This document shows, one piece after another, positions 1 through 11,144 of a stretch of DNA of 37,402 bases. The stretch is from Bdellovibrionota bacterium (lineage in GTDB: Bacteria; Bdellovibrionota_C; UBA2361; OMII01). The stretch lies in NCBI GenBank assembly GCA_044347025.1, contig JBIIYC010000003.1:1-37402 (forward strand), written 5' to 3'. The notes below the pieces were generated by a model, which made no database searches, had not been told where the DNA came from, and was given only the letters and a program-made list of their open reading frames with translations. A program made the position numbers and the translations under genes. The stretch's first letter is position 1, and each line of letters begins with the position of its first letter.

Positions 1-1
1 C

Positions 2-3000
2 ACTCCAACACAGACGCCGACAGCAACGCCAACAACGACGCCGACGGTAACTCCGACAATCACCCCGACTAGGACGCCCACGGCGACGCCAACCGAGACC
101 CCAACGGTAACCCCGACTCGCACACCAACAGAGACACCAACTCAGACTCCGACGCGCACTCCGACTAACACTCCAACCCAGACGCCGACAGCCACGCCAA
201 CGGCTACGCCAACGGTTACTCCGACAATCACGCCGACGAGCACTCCTACTGCTACGCCAACCGAGACTCCAACGGTAACACCGACCCTCACGCCAACAGC
301 CACTCCCACACAGACACCGACCCGTACGCCGACTAACACGCCAACACAGACGCCGACAGCAACGCCAACAGCGACGCCGACAGTAACCCCGACAATCACT
401 CCGACTAGCACGCCAAGCGCTACGCCAACCGCGACGCCAACCGCAACCCCAACCCGCACACCGACAGAGACACCAACTCAGACCCCGACACGCACGCCGA
501 CAAGCACACCAACCCAGACGCCAACTTTGACACCATCGAGCACGCCGACCGTAACCCCAACGGCTAGCCCAAGCAGTACGCCGACAGTGACACCAACAGA
601 GACTCCAACGTCGACACCAACTCGCACGCCGACGCAGACGCCGACTCAAACTCCAACTCAAACCGCAACCAACACGCCAACACAGACGCCAACTACGACA
701 CCAACTAGCACTCCAACGGTAACCCCGACGCTGACCCCAACCGCTACACCAACTGCGACGCCGACCCGCACGCCGACCGAGACACCAACTCGCACACCGA
801 CCTCGACTCCGACAGCAAGCCCAACTACTACGCCTACTACGACGCCGACACAAACTCCGACCGCTACGCCTACGAGTACTCCAACGGTAACTCCGACACT
901 CACGCCAACGTCGACACCGACAACGACCCCGACAATTACCCCGACGCAGACGCCGACGCGAACCCCAACGACGACGCCTACGGCAACGCCGACGAATACT
1001 CCAACGGTGACCCCAACTGCTACTCCTACGACGACACCAACTACGACACCTACCGTGACCCCAACTGCAACGCCAACGCTGACACCAACGAGGACGCCAA
1101 CATCGACACCGACTCATACTCCTACGGCGACACCGACGCGAACCCCAACCTCATCACCAACTACTACTCCAACCGCAACGCCGACAAACACTCCAACAGC
1201 AACTCCGACGGTGACGCCGACAGCAACGGCCACCGCAACTCCTACAAACACTCCGACATCGACGCCAACTGCAACACCTACAAGCACGCCAAGTGCGACA
1301 CCTACCGCAACTCCGAGCAGCACACCTACGACAACGCCAACCATCACACCGACCTCTACGCCAACCCAGACTCCAACAGGAACGCCAACATCCACACCGA
1401 CACGTACTCCAACAGTGACGCCAACATCGACGCCAACAAGTACGCCAACAACGACACCGACAGTGACTCCAACCTCCACACCAACCGCGACTCCAACGAG
1501 CACCCCGACGGCTACACCGACTAACACACCAACGGCTACTCCAAGTAATACGCCAACGTTGACGCCAACACAGACTCCGACGACGACACCCACTCGAACG
1601 CCTACCGTAACTCCAAGTCAGACACCGACGATTACGCCGACAACAACTCCAAGCGCCACGCCAACGGTAACACCGACCGCGACGCCGACAGCCTCGCCGA
1701 CTATCACCCCAACGCAAACACCAACCCGGACCCCGACTACAACGCCCACCGTCACTCCAACGGTGACACCAACGAGAACACCAACCGAAACGCCAACTAA
1801 TACGCCTACGATTACGCCGACTACGACTCCAACAGGTACGCCAACAAGCACACCAACCGCCACAGCAACAGCAACACCTACAATTACACCGACTGCAACA
1901 CCAACCCGAACGCCGACAGTAACGCCAACGGCTACTGCGACACAGACGCCAACTGCCTCACCAACGCATACTCCAAGTAGTACCCCAACAGCGACTGCAA
2001 CTAATACACCGACCGTCACTCCGAGTAGGACGCCGTCCGCAACCCCAACGGCCACACCAACTGTGACGCCAACGAGAACGCCAACAGTGACGCCCACCTC
2101 GACACCAACAGCGACGCCGACTGTAACGCCGACGCAAACTCCAACGGCGACGCCAACGCGGACCCCAACAGCGACACCGACGGACACTGCAACGAGCACA
2201 CCAAGCAATACTCCTACAGTGACTCCAACAGCCTCGCCGACTACAACGCCATCTGCGACACCGACCAATACTCCAAGTAGCACCGCTACCAACACGCCGA
2301 GTGCGACACCGACGGCTACAGCGACTCGTACTCCGACGGCAACACCAACAGCCACGCCGACCGCAAGCCCAACTCAGACGCCAAGTGCAACACCAAGTGC
2401 AACGTCCACGAGCACCCCAACCGCAACGCCAACACAGACACCAACGAGAACTCCCACGGTTACGCCGACCGTTACTCCGAGCGCTACTCCGACGAGCACG
2501 CCAACATCGACCCCAACGTCGACCCCGACCCAGACACCAACGATCACTCCAACGATAACCCCAACGGAGACCCCAACCCGAACTCCGACGGCGACACCGA
2601 CGGAGACGCCAACAGCGACGCCAACGCAAACCCCAACGACTACACCAACCGCTACGCCGACTCGAACGCCAACCGTGACACCGACATCGACTCCAAGTAG
2701 CACACCGACCGTAACACCGACGGCTACACCATCGGCAACGCCGACGACGACTCCAACATCGACCCCATCCGCGACACCGACTGCGACTCCAACGACAACA
2801 CCAACGAGCACGCCAACTGAAACACCGACCCGTACGCCGACCGTAACGCCGTCAAGCACTCCAACGATAACACCGACGACAACGCCGACATCGACTCCAA
2901 CTGCTACACCAACCGAGACGCCAACGTCGACGCCGACACGAACGCCAACGGTGACTCCAACGAGCACTCCGACCTACACGCCGAGCAACACGCCAACTCG

Positions 3001-6000
3001 GACTCCAACGTCGACTCCGACCAGCACGCCGACGCACTCGCCAACGGTAACCCCAACTGCGACGCCGACTGAGACTCCGACGATAACGCCGACGGCGACT
3101 CCGACATCAACGCCGACTACCACTCCTACGAGCACCCCGACCGCTACGCCAACCGTGACGCCGACGACTACGCCATCCGCAACACCAACCAACACACCGA
3201 CCGTTACGCCAACAGTGACACCAACATCGACGTCTACTAATACCCCAACTGCTACTCCGACATCGACGCCGACCGGAACCCCAACGGTGACCCCAACCGC
3301 GTCGCCAACGTCTACGCCGACCGTTACACCGACTGTTACTCCGACTCAGACGCCGACCAACACTCCGACACAGACACCAACTGCTACGCCGACGGAAACC
3401 CCAACAACGACGCCAACGGTCACACCAACTCGCACGCCAACACAAACACCTACAGAAACACCAACGGCAACACCAACACGAACCCCAACTCAGACACCGA
3501 CAGAGACGCCTACCGCTACTCCAACCCAGACTCCAACAGTAACGCCAACAGTCACACCGACCATTACGCCAACGGTTACGCCAACTACGACACCGTCGCA
3601 AACACCGACCAATACGCCGACCGCAACACCGACCTCGACGGCGACATCGACCCCGAGTGTGACTCCGACACAAACGCCAACGCGAACACCTACGGCAACG
3701 CCTACGTCGACTCCGACAGAGACTCCAACGTCGACACCGAGCGCAACACCAACTCGCACTCCAACGTCAACTCCGACACATACTCCAACGACGACCCCAT
3801 CTCACACGCCGACTAGCACTCCAACGCAGACCCCAACGGAAACGCCTACTGCAACGCCAACGCACACACCGACCGAAACTCCAACGCATACTCCGACAGC
3901 GTCTCCAACCAGCACACCAACGGAGACTCCAACGGCTACACCAACGCGTACTCCGACGCAGACTCCGACCGTCACTCCAAGCTCGACTCCGACGATGACC
4001 CCAACGGTAACGCCGACTGCTACCCCAACACGCACGCCGACTACGACTCCAACCAATACTCCAACGCACACACCGACGCAGACGCCGACGGCAACACCGA
4101 CTTCGACCCCAACCCAGACTCCAACTGAGACCCCAACCAACACGCCGAGTTCGACACCAACGGCTACGCCGAGCAATACACCTACCGCGACACCGACCGA
4201 GACCCCAACAGTGACCCCAACATCATCACCGACGAGCACGCCGACCGTGACACCAACGGCCACGCCGACCCGTACGCCGACATCGACGCCAACCGCGACC
4301 CCAACAGCCACGCCGACGCAGACACCGACGGTTACGCCAACTACCACGCCCACAGCTACGCCCACAGCTACGCCGACACACACACCGACAGCGACACCAA
4401 CTGAGACTCCGACGGTCACGCCGACGACGACACCCACAAGCACGCCGACCCGTACACCAACCAACACCCCGTCCGCTACGCCGACAGAGACACCAACTCA
4501 GACACCAACAAGCACGCCGACGCAGACTCCGACAGCAACTCCGACAAGCACTCCAACCGAGACCCCAACTCAGACACCAACGGTCACGCCGACCACGACA
4601 CCAACAAGCACGCCAACGGCGACGCCAACGAACACGCCGACCTCTACGCCGACACAGACTCCAACGCAGACACCGACGAGCACGCCAACAGCGACGCCGA
4701 CAGCAACGCCGACAAGCACTCCAACCGAGACCCCAACTCAGACACCAACGGTCACGCCGACAACTACACCGACCAGCACCCCAACGCGCACACCAACGAG
4801 CACGCCAACAGCCACGCCGACACAGACTCCAACTCAGACACCAACGAGCACGCCAACAGCGACGCCGACAACTACGCCGACCACGACACCGACTGCTACA
4901 CCGACCCTGACGCCAACATCAACGCCGACAAGCACTCCAACCGAAACGCCAACTGCAACCCCGAGTCGTACTCCAACCCAGACACCGACCGAGACGCCAA
5001 CCGTTACGCCGACGAACACACCAACTGCGACGCCGACTATAACCCCGACCAACACACCGAGCGCCACTCCGACGCAGACGCCAACGGCGACCCCGACCCG
5101 TACTCCAACAGAGACCCCGACCCAGTCTCCAACTAGCACTCCGACTGAGACTCCAACCCAGACTCCAACGGCTACTCCAACAAGCACGCCAACGACTACG
5201 CCAACCATAACACCAACGACAACGCCGACCTCGACTCCAACGCAAACGCCAACGGCAACACCAACCCGTACACCGACAGCGACGCCTACACAGACACCAA
5301 CCAGAACACCAACGGAAACGCCAACTCAGACGCCAACGACTACTCCAACGAGCACGCCGACTACTACGCCAACCACGACTCCGACCGTCACTCCAACAGC
5401 GACCCCAACCCAGAGTCCAACTAGCACTCCAACAAATACTCCAACGGCAACTCCAACAAACACGCCGACCAGCACCGCAACGGCAACACCAACTCAGACA
5501 CCGACAGCTACTCCGACCCGTACCCCAACTCAGACACCGACAGAGACGCCAACGCAAACACCAACACAGACGCCGACACAGTCCCCGACAACGACCCCAA
5601 CACATACACCATCGGCTACTCCGACTAGCACGCCAACCCGAACACCAACGGCTACACCTACACAAACTCCGACAGCAACGCCAACTCGCACCCCGACACA
5701 GACTCCAACAGAGACGCCGACCAACACACCAACGGCGACCCCGACTCAGACTCCGACAGCAACTCCAACCGCTACTCCGACAGCTACGCCAACCCAGACC
5801 CCGACCACGACGCCAACCAGCACCCCGACACAAACGCCTACCATCACACCGACGACCACGCCGAGCGCGACTCCAACTCAGACACCTACATCAACTCCAT
5901 CGAATACACCCGATAGGACGCCAACTGAGACTCCGACACGCACGCCAACAGCTACACCAACTGAGACTCCGACCACGACGCCAACGAGCACGCCAACGAT

Positions 6001-7483
6001 GACCCCAACGATTACGCCGACCAGCACACCGACGGCTACGCCGACAACCACACCGACCGTAACGCCGACTCGCACTCCAACTCAGACTCCGACTGAGACG
6101 CCGACAAGCACGCCAACAGCGACACCAACGGAGACGCCAACGCAAACTCCGACAAACACTCCAACGACTACCCCAACGCAGACACCTACTCGAACGCCTA
6201 CCTCGACACCGACGCAGACACCCACATCCACTGCAACCAATACGCCGACGGTAACGCCAACGGGTACACCGACCAACACTCCAACGGCCACGCCTACATT
6301 CACTCCGACGGAGACCCCGACCCGCACACCAACTGCCACACCGACGGCGACTCCGACTTCTACCTTCACAGCCACGCCGTCGAACACGCCCACTATAACG
6401 CCAACTGCAACTCCAACTCAGACGCCGACTGCAACACCAACCACAACACCGACTCGCACGCCGACCGAGACCCCGACTCAGACGCCGACGGCGACTCCAA
6501 CACAGACACCAACGACGACTCCAACGGCAACGCCAACGAGAACACCGACAAGCACTCCTAGCGCGACGCCGACTCGCACGCCGACGGCAACACCAAGTGA
6601 GACGCCGACAATGACTCCTTCAGCGACTCCAACAACTACCCCAACAGCGACGCCGACAAATACGCCAACCCAGACACCTGTCAATACGGCGACCAACACA
6701 CCAACCGCTACCCCGACCAACACTCCGACCTCGACACCGACCAGCACAGCTACAGCTACTCCAACGCAGACCCCGACGAACACATTCACAGCAACACCGA
6801 CGGCTACGCCAACGGCTACACCAACAGCGACGTTTACAAGTACGCCAACAGCAACACCAACAACAACGCCGACCCGCACTCCAACGGCTACACCAACCGA
6901 GACTCCAACCGCCTCTCCAACGCTAACTCCGTCAGCGACCCCGACGACGACGCCTTCCGCGACGCCAACGCACACACCGACCAACACTCCGACGACTACA
7001 CCGACAGCTACGCCAACGCACACACCGACAGCGACTAACACCCCAACGGCGACACCGACGCAGACGCCGACCAGTACGCCGACGATTACACCGACGAGCA
7101 CGCCAACGCGGACACCAACGATGACCCCAACCGTCACTCCGACACGAACGGCAACGGCCACTTCGACGGCGACTCCATCAGCGACGCCAACACGCACTCC
7201 GACAGTTACTCCAACGGTCACCAACACTCCGACCGCAACTCCGACGCGCACTCCAACGAATACACCCAGCGCGACCCCGACACGAACGTCGACTCCGACA
7301 GCAACACCAACTCCAACTGCGACCTACACGAGAACGCCGACAAGTACTCCAACGACAACGCCAACAGCTACCGCGACCAGTACCCGTACGAGCACTCCAA
7401 CCGCTACCGGTACGCGCACTCCGACGAGCACTCCAACCCCAACGGCGACTCCAACTCCGACGAATACGCCGACCGAGACTCCG
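2..7483 (+). repeat. Degenerate 12-bp coding tandem repeat (ACN CCN ACN NNN), about 620 units in the window
   Basis: Directly visible; C/A-rich. The fourth residue varies (A,Q,S,T,V,R,E,N,I,H,L,M,G) and codons are synonymously diversified. Confidence 0.97.
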
Positions 7484-8509
7484 GATTTCTACACGCTCGA
7501 CTTCAAGGTGGTGCGCAAGGATCCGGCCAAGTCTGGTACGCCGCTACCAGGTCTCACCGTCGAGGTTCATGAAGATCAAAATGCAACACCGATCGCAATC
7601 CACGAGATTACGACGGATCAAGAGGGACGTCCGATCAACTCCGTAGTCGTAGGTAGTTCGTCTAACATCCGAATCAAGAGCAGCGATGAGACAATAGTTC
7701 GCTTTGATGTGGCGGGAGAGGCACGAGAGTTTGCGGTCCAGCCAACGATCGTGGCGACTCCGATGGTTGATGCGGCTGGTGCATGTATCAGCAACGTGGC
7801 CGGAACTCCGGTAGCTGAATTCAAATACAACAACTTTAACAATCGCAACTCTGAGGTTCCCGTGACTGACCTGGATCCAGCCCTCTACGGGGATCCTGAT
7901 ACCGCCACTGATGACCTCATGTTGAATACCATTCGAGACTCGTCAGGGTCGCCGGTTGTCCCAGGAGCAGAGTTCTTGTCAGGTAATAATCAGGTGTTCA
8001 AAGGAGGCTCAGGTAGCTATCGGGTGCCGTTCACTGGCACGTTGCGACAGTACTTCCTCGGAGAAGAAACCGTGGTAACGAGTGCCACTGCATTGTGCGA
8101 AGGAAGCGGGATAGCGACATGTACAAGGATATCGGGGGCGGATCTCAACGCGGTGAACGCTCGAGTTCGAGAAACAGTTTCGGGAACACTTCAACTCTCC
8201 TCAAGACTTATGAAAGCCGGTAGGAGCCCCTTCCTCAAGACCACGGCTAAGGCGCTGGCTGATACGAGAGCACTGCTGCGACGTCTTGAAACTGGCCTCG
8301 TGTGTCCGGCAAATGCGGTCCTCGCCCGAGGATGCTATAGGACTCGTTTCCCGACTCAGGAGTTAGTCTTGATCCACGATCGTATCTTTAGCAAGGCTAG
8401 CCCAGTGAAGCCGAAGCTCTTCACAGACCTGTTGAAGAGCTATACGAGGAGTTACCGTCGGTTCCTTGCGACGATGCCGCGAGAGGTCACATACTGCCCG
8501 AATCGATAG
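2..8509 (+). CDS. Giant Thr/Pro-rich (T-P-T-x)n mucin-like surface protein, 5'-truncated by the window, with a C-terminal Cys-containing globular domain
   Basis: The frame of the listed 527..8509 ORF is open from base 2 (act cca aca cag = TPTQ), so the TTG at 527 is an internal Leu. TPTx repeats run to 7483, then ~340 aa of non-repetitive sequence to TAG at 8507-8509. Confidence 0.9.
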   Translation, partial: TPTQTPTATPTTTPTVTPTITPTRTPTATPTETPTVTPTRTPTETPTQTPTRTPTNTPTQTPTATPTATPTVTPTITPTSTPTATPTETPTVTPTLTPTATPTQTPTRTPTNTPTQTPTATPTATPTVTPTITPTSTPSATPTATPTATPTRTPTETPTQTPTRTPTSTPTQTPTLTPSSTPTVTPTASPSSTPTVTPTETPTSTPTRTPTQTPTQTPTQTATNTPTQTPTTTPTSTPTVTPTLTPTATPTATPTRTPTETPTRTPTSTPTASPTTTPTTTPTQTPTATPTSTPTVTPTLTPTSTPTTTPTITPTQTPTRTPTTTPTATPTNTPTVTPTATPTTTPTTTPTVTPTATPTLTPTRTPTSTPTHTPTATPTRTPTSSPTTTPTATPTNTPTATPTVTPTATATATPTNTPTSTPTATPTSTPSATPTATPSSTPTTTPTITPTSTPTQTPTGTPTSTPTRTPTVTPTSTPTSTPTTTPTVTPTSTPTATPTSTPTATPTNTPTATPSNTPTLTPTQTPTTTPTRTPTVTPSQTPTITPTTTPSATPTVTPTATPTASPTITPTQTPTRTPTTTPTVTPTVTPTRTPTETPTNTPTITPTTTPTGTPTSTPTATATATPTITPTATPTRTPTVTPTATATQTPTASPTHTPSSTPTATATNTPTVTPSRTPSATPTATPTVTPTRTPTVTPTSTPTATPTVTPTQTPTATPTRTPTATPTDTATSTPSNTPTVTPTASPTTTPSATPTNTPSSTATNTPSATPTATATRTPTATPTATPTASPTQTPSATPSATSTSTPTATPTQTPTRTPTVTPTVTPSATPTSTPTSTPTSTPTQTPTITPTITPTETPTRTPTATPTETPTATPTQTPTTTPTATPTRTPTVTPTSTPSSTPTVTPTATPSATPTTTPTSTPSATPTATPTTTPTSTPTETPTRTPTVTPSSTPTITPTTTPTSTPTATPTETPTSTPTRTPTVTPTSTPTYTPSNTPTRTPTSTPTSTPTHSPTVTPTATPTETPTITPTATPTSTPTTTPTSTPTATPTVTPTTTPSATPTNTPTVTPTVTPTSTSTNTPTATPTSTPTGTPTVTPTASPTSTPTVTPTVTPTQTPTNTPTQTPTATPTETPTTTPTVTPTRTPTQTPTETPTATPTRTPTQTPTETPTATPTQTPTVTPTVTPTITPTVTPTTTPSQTPTNTPTATPTSTATSTPSVTPTQTPTRTPTATPTSTPTETPTSTPSATPTRTPTSTPTHTPTTTPSHTPTSTPTQTPTETPTATPTHTPTETPTHTPTASPTSTPTETPTATPTRTPTQTPTVTPSSTPTMTPTVTPTATPTRTPTTTPTNTPTHTPTQTPTATPTSTPTQTPTETPTNTPSSTPTATPSNTPTATPTETPTVTPTSSPTSTPTVTPTATPTRTPTSTPTATPTATPTQTPTVTPTTTPTATPTATPTHTPTATPTETPTVTPTTTPTSTPTRTPTNTPSATPTETPTQTPTSTPTQTPTATPTSTPTETPTQTPTVTPTTTPTSTPTATPTNTPTSTPTQTPTQTPTSTPTATPTATPTSTPTETPTQTPTVTPTTTPTSTPTRTPTSTPTATPTQTPTQTPTSTPTATPTTTPTTTPTATPTLTPTSTPTSTPTETPTATPSRTPTQTPTETPTVTPTNTPTATPTITPTNTPSATPTQTPTATPTRTPTETPTQSPTSTPTETPTQTPTATPTSTPTTTPTITPTTTPTSTPTQTPTATPTRTPTATPTQTPTRTPTETPTQTPTTTPTSTPTTTPTTTPTVTPTATPTQSPTSTPTNTPTATPTNTPTSTATATPTQTPTATPTRTPTQTPTETPTQTPTQTPTQSPTTTPTHTPSATPTSTPTRTPTATPTQTPTATPTRTPTQTPTETPTNTPTATPTQTPTATPTATPTATPTQTPTTTPTSTPTQTPTITPTTTPSATPTQTPTSTPSNTPDRTPTETPTRTPTATPTETPTTTPTSTPTMTPTITPTSTPTATPTTTPTVTPTRTPTQTPTETPTSTPTATPTETPTQTPTNTPTTTPTQTPTRTPTSTPTQTPTSTATNTPTVTPTGTPTNTPTATPTFTPTETPTRTPTATPTATPTSTFTATPSNTPTITPTATPTQTPTATPTTTPTRTPTETPTQTPTATPTQTPTTTPTATPTRTPTSTPSATPTRTPTATPSETPTMTPSATPTTTPTATPTNTPTQTPVNTATNTPTATPTNTPTSTPTSTATATPTQTPTNTFTATPTATPTATPTATFTSTPTATPTTTPTRTPTATPTETPTASPTLTPSATPTTTPSATPTHTPTNTPTTTPTATPTHTPTATNTPTATPTQTPTSTPTITPTSTPTRTPTMTPTVTPTRTATATSTATPSATPTRTPTVTPTVTNTPTATPTRTPTNTPSATPTRTSTPTATPTPTATYTRTPTSTPTTTPTATATSTRTSTPTATGTRTPTSTPTPTATPTPTNTPTETPDFYTLDFKVVRKDPAKSGTPLPGLTVEVHEDQNATPIAIHEITTDQEGRPINSVVVGSSSNIRIKSSDETIVRFDVAGEAREFAVQPTIVATPMVDAAGACISNVAGTPVAEFKYNNFNNRNSEVPVTDLDPALYGDPDTATDDLMLNTIRDSSGSPVVPGAEFLSGNNQVFKGGSGSYRVPFTGTLRQYFLGEETVVTSATALCEGSGIATCTRISGADLNAVNARVRETVSGTLQLSSRLMKAGRSPFLKTTAKALADTRALLRRLETGLVCPANAVLARGCYRTRFPTQELVLIHDRIFSKASPVKPKLFTDLLKSYTRSYRRFLATMPREVTYCPNR

Positions 8510-8521
8510 AGGCCGAATAGG

Positions 8522-8557
8522 AGCGGGGAACGACGCAAGGTCGGCGTTGTGCGCTCT
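8522..8557. terminator. Imperfect hairpin between convergent genes
   Basis: GAGCG..ACGACGC-loop-GCGTTGT..CGCTC lies between the stops of the giant ORF and the DUF1294-like gene; no clear U tract. Confidence 0.3.
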
Positions 8558-8919
8558 TAGTGCCGAAATTGCACACCAAAACTCTGGAGCAGGTAAAGCT
8601 GAACCGCAAAGATAAGCAGAAGAACAAACTGAAATGACGCCTTCTTCGTTTTGTGTTTGAAGAGATGGCAACCGAGAAGGATACCGGGAGAGCCACCCAC
8701 AAGCGCGACTAGGAACAGGAGTGCTTCTGGGGAGCGTATGGTTGGCGAGCGGGAGAGATTCTTATCGAGCCCCATGCTAAGAAAAGCACTCGTATTAATC
8801 GCGATACAATATGAATTGAGCGCAGCTACGTGAAGAAAGTAGTAGAGCGTCAGGAAGGTCCCAATGGTGAGGGCGGTGGTAAGGAGTGCAGGATAGGTAT
8901 AGGGATTCTTCGAATTCAT
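8557..8919 (-). CDS. DUF1294-like small membrane protein
   Basis: IN..AFL.MG.DK...R.PE..L...AL.GGSPG..LG...FKHKTKK..FQ pattern typical of DUF1294/YsdA proteins. Confidence 0.85.
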   Translation of the reverse strand: MNSKNPYTYPALLTTALTIGTFLTLYYFLHVAALNSYCIAINTSAFLSMGLDKNLSRSPTIRSPEALLFLVALVGGSPGILLGCHLFKHKTKKASFQFVLLLIFAVQLYLLQSFGVQFRH

Positions 8920-8928
8920 GGAGATGTC

Positions 8929-9741
8929 TTACATGCCTGAAGGATCCTGTTCCGGGCTTCGCTCAAGTCTAAATGCCACCGGGATCACAAGGGTGAGAGA
9001 CGTTCGGTTTAGATCTGACGGAAATGGTGGAAATGGAGCAGCTCTGTCCACCATCGCGCGTAGCTCGTCATCGAGTATAGACGACTCCGTTGAACGCAGA
9101 ATTTCAAAGGTTGAGAGAGAGCCATCTGGTGAGAGCTCGATCCGTATCGTTGCTTCGCCTGTAATTCGACGCTTGATGGCGCGTTCCGGATATCGCTTTG
9201 AGCGAGCGAGTAGGGATGCAACAGCATCTTGATACTTCACTCTCATCTGTTCGCCTGGGACTGCTTGACCGTTGGGAGCCCCGTTTGCGCCGGTCTGCAC
9301 TGCTGCCGAAGGTGATGACAGTGACGCGCTCGCCGCAGGTTTAGTTGGCATGGAGGACGCTGGTGCCCGCTGGGCGGGGCGAGGGCTCCCCAGGGGCTTG
9401 GCGGGCTGAGAGATGCGCTCCTCGCGTGTTAATGAGGGCTGGGGGGGCGAAGGCTCGTGTGGAGCCGATTCAGGGGCCACAGACCCCTTCGGCACAAGGG
9501 TGTCCATCTCGGAGAGGGTTAAGACGGAAACGGTGTAGACCTCCTGGGAGCTCTCAGTCACGCTGCTCGATTTCCAGTAGTAGACCGCGATAGCGGTCGC
9601 AAGTATGAGGAGATGCAACCCAGTGGACAGGCACAGGGCCTTTCTCTGTAGCGTGCGAGATGCAGACGTGTTCGAACCGCCCCACGGCACGGGGTGAGAG
9701 TCGCGATAGATCTCTGATTGTACACGCGTAAGTGACGACAC
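8929..9741 (-). CDS. tonB: Energy transducer TonB family protein
   Basis: N-terminal TM helix with S-x3-H (STGLH), Pro/Ser-rich linker, C-terminal domain KRYPERAIKRRITG...ILD...PFPPFP. Start uncertain. Confidence 0.85.
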   Translation of the reverse strand: MSSLTRVQSEIYRDSHPVPWGGSNTSASRTLQRKALCLSTGLHLLILATAIAVYYWKSSSVTESSQEVYTVSVLTLSEMDTLVPKGSVAPESAPHEPSPPQPSLTREERISQPAKPLGSPRPAQRAPASSMPTKPAASASLSSPSAAVQTGANGAPNGQAVPGEQMRVKYQDAVASLLARSKRYPERAIKRRITGEATIRIELSPDGSLSTFEILRSTESSILDDELRAMVDRAAPFPPFPSDLNRTSLTLVIPVAFRLERSPEQDPSGM

Positions 9742-9970
9742 GAGTGATTACCTGCAAGTGACACGAGCCACTGGTGGATGATAGCACAGAGCTTTGCGCT
9801 AATGCATCGATGGAGGTGCCATTAAATTCAGGCGGTTAGCGGCTTCCACGAGGGGCGTATCTGCGAGGCGAATGTGCGACTCCATCGTTCAATCAGGCCC
9901 GCTCCGGTAGACTGAAGGGCGTGGGTGTCAGATACTGAGCGACGGTCAGCACTCATAACGGTGTACGGGT

Positions 9971-10921
9971 ATGTTGGAATCCAGAGAAGTCATGAGCGAT
10001 AGGTCGGCGCCGGATCCGAGCACCGAGTCGATCGGAGCACCTCTGGCGGTAAGACTCGCGCGGGAGTTGCGATCCCTCCTCAAGACCGAATTGGAGGGCC
10101 CTGACGACAGCTCTGTCGCGCTTGGAGCGCGAGGTCTTGCTGCACTATTTTCGTCGCATGTGCCTGCTCACCGAATCTCGATTGAAGCTGCTCGGGCTGT
10201 GAGAGGCGTTGAAATGGATGGATTCACCGCGTGGCCGATCTTCATCACGTATGTTGGTGGGTGCAGAGATCCGTATGCGCCGGTATACAATCAACAGCAT
10301 ATTGAGGAGAGGCTTCGCGACTTCTATGCTTCTGGTTTCTCCAAGATTCGGGGCGCGATCGGTGAGGCTATTCGCAATGTCGGTCAACATGGGCATCAAC
10401 TCGATGCAGTTGGATACCAACAGTGTCTCTTCGCGCCCGGGGCTATCCTCGTCAAAGAGATTGCGCTTGAAAACGATGATACTCCAGCGAGTCGTGTGCT
10501 CGTGGCGATGGTCACGGATGAGGGAGGAGGTATTTCTGACCCGGAGCGATCAGTCTTGAATGGCGTAGGTAGTGTGGCTGGTGTTGACTCACTGGGTATG
10601 GGGATCGAAATGGAGGGTAGCCTCTTGTACCTAGTTAAGTCGAGTAGGGGAGAGTGGAGTCTGTTTGACGGCGCTCGTCAGATCAACCCCGATAAGTACG
10701 ATAGCTCGCGGGGCTTTAGGAGACGAATAATCGGAGAAGATGAAAAAATCGAGAGAGTGTCCTCACTCCATCTCCCAGCGCCCTCCACCGGATGTCAAAA
10801 AATCATGTTCTTTGCTCATCCGAGCGCGACAGCGGAGGATGTGCGGGCTCTCCGCCAGCGGCTCTTGTCGTCTTTGATGACTTTGGGCGATACGTCGACC
10901 GAGGTCGCCCCCAAGCTGTAG
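9971..10921 (+). CDS. Hypothetical protein with GHKL (HATPase_c, RsbT/RsbW-like) ATP-binding motifs
   Basis: N box EAIRNVGQHG, G1 box VTDEGGGI, G2-like LGMGI. Alternative start at 9992. Confidence 0.65.
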   Translation: MLESREVMSDRSAPDPSTESIGAPLAVRLARELRSLLKTELEGPDDSSVALGARGLAALFSSHVPAHRISIEAARAVRGVEMDGFTAWPIFITYVGGCRDPYAPVYNQQHIEERLRDFYASGFSKIRGAIGEAIRNVGQHGHQLDAVGYQQCLFAPGAILVKEIALENDDTPASRVLVAMVTDEGGGISDPERSVLNGVGSVAGVDSLGMGIEMEGSLLYLVKSSRGEWSLFDGARQINPDKYDSSRGFRRRIIGEDEKIERVSSLHLPAPSTGCQKIMFFAHPSATAEDVRALRQRLLSSLMTLGDTSTEVAPKL

Positions 10922-11076
10922 TCAGGACCTAGAAGAGTTAATGTCTGCGGGAGGCTGCGTCGGTTTGCATGTTGTGACAATTGAAGAGTAACTCAAGATC
11001 CGGTTTTGCAGCAGGGATGCATGTTGCCGAGCTTCCCTAGGGCCTCCCGTTCGAGAGTGCCGAGGAGCAACATCGC

Positions 11077-11124
11077 AAACAAAACGACTCCGGCTGCCCC
11101 AATCGTGAGGCGGCCGGAGTCGTT
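11077..11124 (-). terminator. Rho-independent terminator after typA
   Basis: AACGACTCCGGCTGCC (11083-11098) pairs with GGCGGCCGGAGTCGTT (11109-11124); on the minus strand it is followed by TTGTTT, 20 nt past the typA stop. Confidence 0.8.
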
Positions 11125-11144
11125 GATGTGCGCCGATACACCGC

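Noticed and set aside
142-7251. Many minus-strand (VGVA)n and R/W/C-rich ORFs
   Set aside because: They are antisense shadows of the TPTx repeat, fragmented by stops while the plus frame is continuous.
1-7483. Possible CRISPR array or non-coding satellite
   Set aside because: There is no constant repeat with unique spacers; variation is at synonymous sites and one codon, as expected for coding sequence.
9742-9970. Cobalamin riboswitch upstream of tonB (GCCACTG at ~9767)
   Set aside because: The motif is on the wrong strand for tonB and the other B12-element motifs are absent.
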